From Gammaproteobacteria bacterium (GTDB lineage Bacteria > Pseudomonadota > Gammaproteobacteria > S012-40): a stretch of DNA of 64,000 nt. The position numbers and the translations under genes are program-made. Position 1 is the stretch's first letter; each line of letters begins with the position of its first letter. The notes below the pieces were generated by a model. That model worked only from the letters and a program-made list of their open reading frames with translations. It was not told where the DNA came from and did not search any database. Positions 62,337 to 64,000 of this stretch are shown piece after piece. The stretch covers positions 17,977 to 81,976 of the forward strand of contig JAOUHV010000008.1 in NCBI GenBank assembly GCA_029884425.1. The letters run 5' to 3'.

Positions 62337-63470
62337 TTATAGAGGTTTAATTGTGCCCCAGGCCTTGCAGCTGGGACATTGCCAATGGAGTTCTTTTCCA
62401 GAAAAGCCGCAGTCATCACAACGATACGAAGCACCTTCACTCAACATTTGTGACAATGCATTTTTTACGTACTCAACTCCCTGAGGATTCGTTTTCAAAT
62501 CCACCGAATTCACATACGACGCCAGCGTTTGCACTGACGGAAACTCCAACATAAGCCGCCGCAGTACTTGCTCCGCGTCGTGCTGAGTACCAAATCTGGC
62601 AAACATCCGCGACATCAACAGCGCACTGCGTTTGGGTTTATACCGGCTCCATATTTCATCCAGTACACCAGAAATATTTTTTTCCCAACCCTGCGCTTCG
62701 TAACACTTAATCAGCGAAGGTAAAACCTCGCCAATAAGCGCTGGCTGCTGTTCCAACACTTCCATGAAGGCAACAATCGCCTGGTGGTAATTCTGATTTT
62801 GCATTTCCATCGCGCCAACCAGAATGTTAGCCCGCGCACAATATACGTCAACGGCCAACGCTTTTTTGAGCAATGCTTTGCCGTTGGCCTGATCTGATTT
62901 TGCGATCGCCGCCTCAGCCAGCTCACAATAGAAGTGTGATATTCGCGCAGATAGTTTACGCCCGGAAATTCGTTCATACTGCTGGGCTGTCACAATGGCT
63001 TTTTCCCAATCTTTTTCAAATTGGTACACATCCACCAGATGTCGCAGAGCCTGCTCACAATGCTGGTGTGACAATTTCAAATCGAGTAACAGCCGCTCTG
63101 CCCGGTCCAACAGCCCTGAAGCCAAAAAGTCCTGAGCCAACTCCAGCAGTGCCAATTCTTTTTGCTGGGGCAACAAATTAGGTCTGGCAATTAAATTTTG
63201 ATGGAGTGTGATTGCTCGATCCACCTCACCCCGTTTGCGAAAAATCGTGCCCAAGGCCAAATGGAGTTCAACCGTATCGGTGTTCACATCCATCATGCGG
63301 ACAAAAATGTCCATTGCCTTATCCTGCTGTTCGTTCAGCAGGTAGTTGATACCTTTGTAGTAATCCTCAGTCAGCGCAGAAACGGAGCGACGTGATTTTT
63401 GTTGCCTGACGGCAACCCACCAACCGGAATATGCTGCTACGGGCAGTAAAAACCATAGCAGATCAGACAT
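62337..63470 (-). CDS. lapB: lipopolysaccharide assembly protein B
   Basis: 377 aa with an N-terminal TM helix, TPR repeats and a C-terminal rubredoxin-like motif (YRCDDCGF ... WQCPSC). Confidence 0.92.
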   Translation of the reverse strand: MSDLLWFLLPVAAYSGWWVAVRQQKSRRSVSALTEDYYKGINYLLNEQQDKAMDIFVRMMDVNTDTVELHLALGTIFRKRGEVDRAITLHQNLIARPNLLPQQKELALLELAQDFLASGLLDRAERLLLDLKLSHQHCEQALRHLVDVYQFEKDWEKAIVTAQQYERISGRKLSARISHFYCELAEAAIAKSDQANGKALLKKALAVDVYCARANILVGAMEMQNQNYHQAIVAFMEVLEQQPALIGEVLPSLIKCYEAQGWEKNISGVLDEIWSRYKPKRSALLMSRMFARFGTQHDAEQVLRRLMLEFPSVQTLASYVNSVDLKTNPQGVEYVKNALSQMLSEGASYRCDDCGFSGKELHWQCPSCKAWGTIKPL

Positions 63471-63473
63471 GAG

Positions 63474-63764
63474 TTATTGCTCCTTGACAGACAAGGAACG
63501 TAAACCGTTGAGCTCTTGTTCAACCGCACGCTTGCCACGACGTAACCGGCCCACTTCCATTCGCAAAGACAACACTGGACGCAACATTACCAGCGCACCC
63601 AGAATAGCCCCCACTGACAAAGTCAGCACCAGCAACAAGGCCAATGGCAAGTCAACTGAGCCGAGGAAATAATTCAAATTGACAGTGTGCGAATTATTCA
63701 CAGAAAAACTGAGAACCAGCAGCAAAATCATGAACAGGAAAATGTATAGGATCAATTTCGACAT
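63474..63764 (-). CDS. lapA: lipopolysaccharide assembly protein A
   Basis: 96 aa counted from the ATG at 63764 (SD GGGGA). It has two TM helices and a basic coiled C-terminus, and lies directly upstream of lapB. The ORF-track start at 63791 appears to be TTG. Confidence 0.85.
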   Translation of the reverse strand: MSKLILYIFLFMILLLVLSFSVNNSHTVNLNYFLGSVDLPLALLLVLTLSVGAILGALVMLRPVLSLRMEVGRLRRGKRAVEQELNGLRSLSVKEQ

Positions 63765-63879
63765 GCCTATCCCCTGATGGCCTACATTCAACCTGCACTA
63801 TCATACATAGCTTTAAGCGCCACTCAAAGCGTCACCGCTGGCAGCGCACCGGATTTACCACCAAAAGAGGGGGGGGTGG

Positions 63880-64000
63880 CTATCTATTTTTGAGCTCATC
63901 CTGCAGCGCCGCATTTACGCGTTCACGCAATTCCTTGCCGGGCTTAAAATGAGGCACGAACTTTCCCGACAATGGCACCGGATCGCCCGTTTTTGGATTT
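63880..64000 (-). CDS. ihfB: integration host factor subunit beta (3' part, truncated by window edge)
   Basis: Hand translation gives [39 protein letters not shown]-stop, which matches the IhfB C-terminus. Sits in ihfB-lapA-lapB-pyrF synteny. Confidence 0.85.
   Translation of the reverse strand, partial: NPKTGDPVPLSGKFVPHFKPGKELRERVNAALQDELKNR

Overview
This 64-kb window is almost entirely a core chromosomal segment of a gammaproteobacterium. It uses SMC rather than MukB, looks about 50% GC by eye, and I could not identify the organism. I found no CRISPR array, transposase, integrase, prophage or recognisable defence system.

Gene content in window order:
- An HDOD gene, then the complete 14-gene NADH dehydrogenase I operon nuoN-nuoA (minus strand, nuoC and nuoD unfused).
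- tRNA-Leu(GAG)-secG-tpiA-glmM-folP-ftsH-rlmE, with yhbY divergent, then a DUF4149 gene and metZ.
- Two tandem initiator tRNA-fMet genes, each with its own promoter.
- A small AT-rich islet holding one 123-aa membrane ORF, followed by a 2 x 271-bp tandem of REP-like GTAG/CTAC-flanked palindromes.
- rsgA, a DUF2892 gene, yciB-yciI-bolA-PPIase, and two unannotated paralogous 40/41-aa membrane sORFs.
- deaD, then ligA-zipA-smc, queF with an FGGY kinase, cysZ, an HD-GYP protein, an aminotransferase, a HAD phosphatase and dksA.
- A DUF3579-like gene, thrC-hom, a DUF498 gene, and dusA-recO-era-rnc-lepB-lepA.
- A four-gene polysaccharide-export module (manC, Wzz-like PCP, large OPX, unknown outer-membrane protein) fused onto pyrF-lapB-lapA-ihfB.

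Most interesting observations:
1. The pyrF-linked export-only polysaccharide module. It has a non-lipoprotein OPX with six SLBB repeats and an uncharacterised glycine-rich outer-membrane protein built from three ~165-aa repeats. That protein also carries an in-frame G8 tract.
2. The tandem pair of conserved 40/41-aa hydrophobic peptides next to deaD, which fall below the ORF-track length cutoff.
3. The metZ leader, which has a promoter, a structured RNA and an intrinsic terminator. It is a candidate riboswitch or attenuator.
4. A 1-nt frameshift that displaces the conserved last 29 codons of smc.
5. The REP-like tandem repeat and AT-rich islet downstream of the duplicated tRNA-fMet.

Everything else looks like ordinary housekeeping DNA. 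All functional calls rest on motif and synteny recognition by eye; no database search was run.
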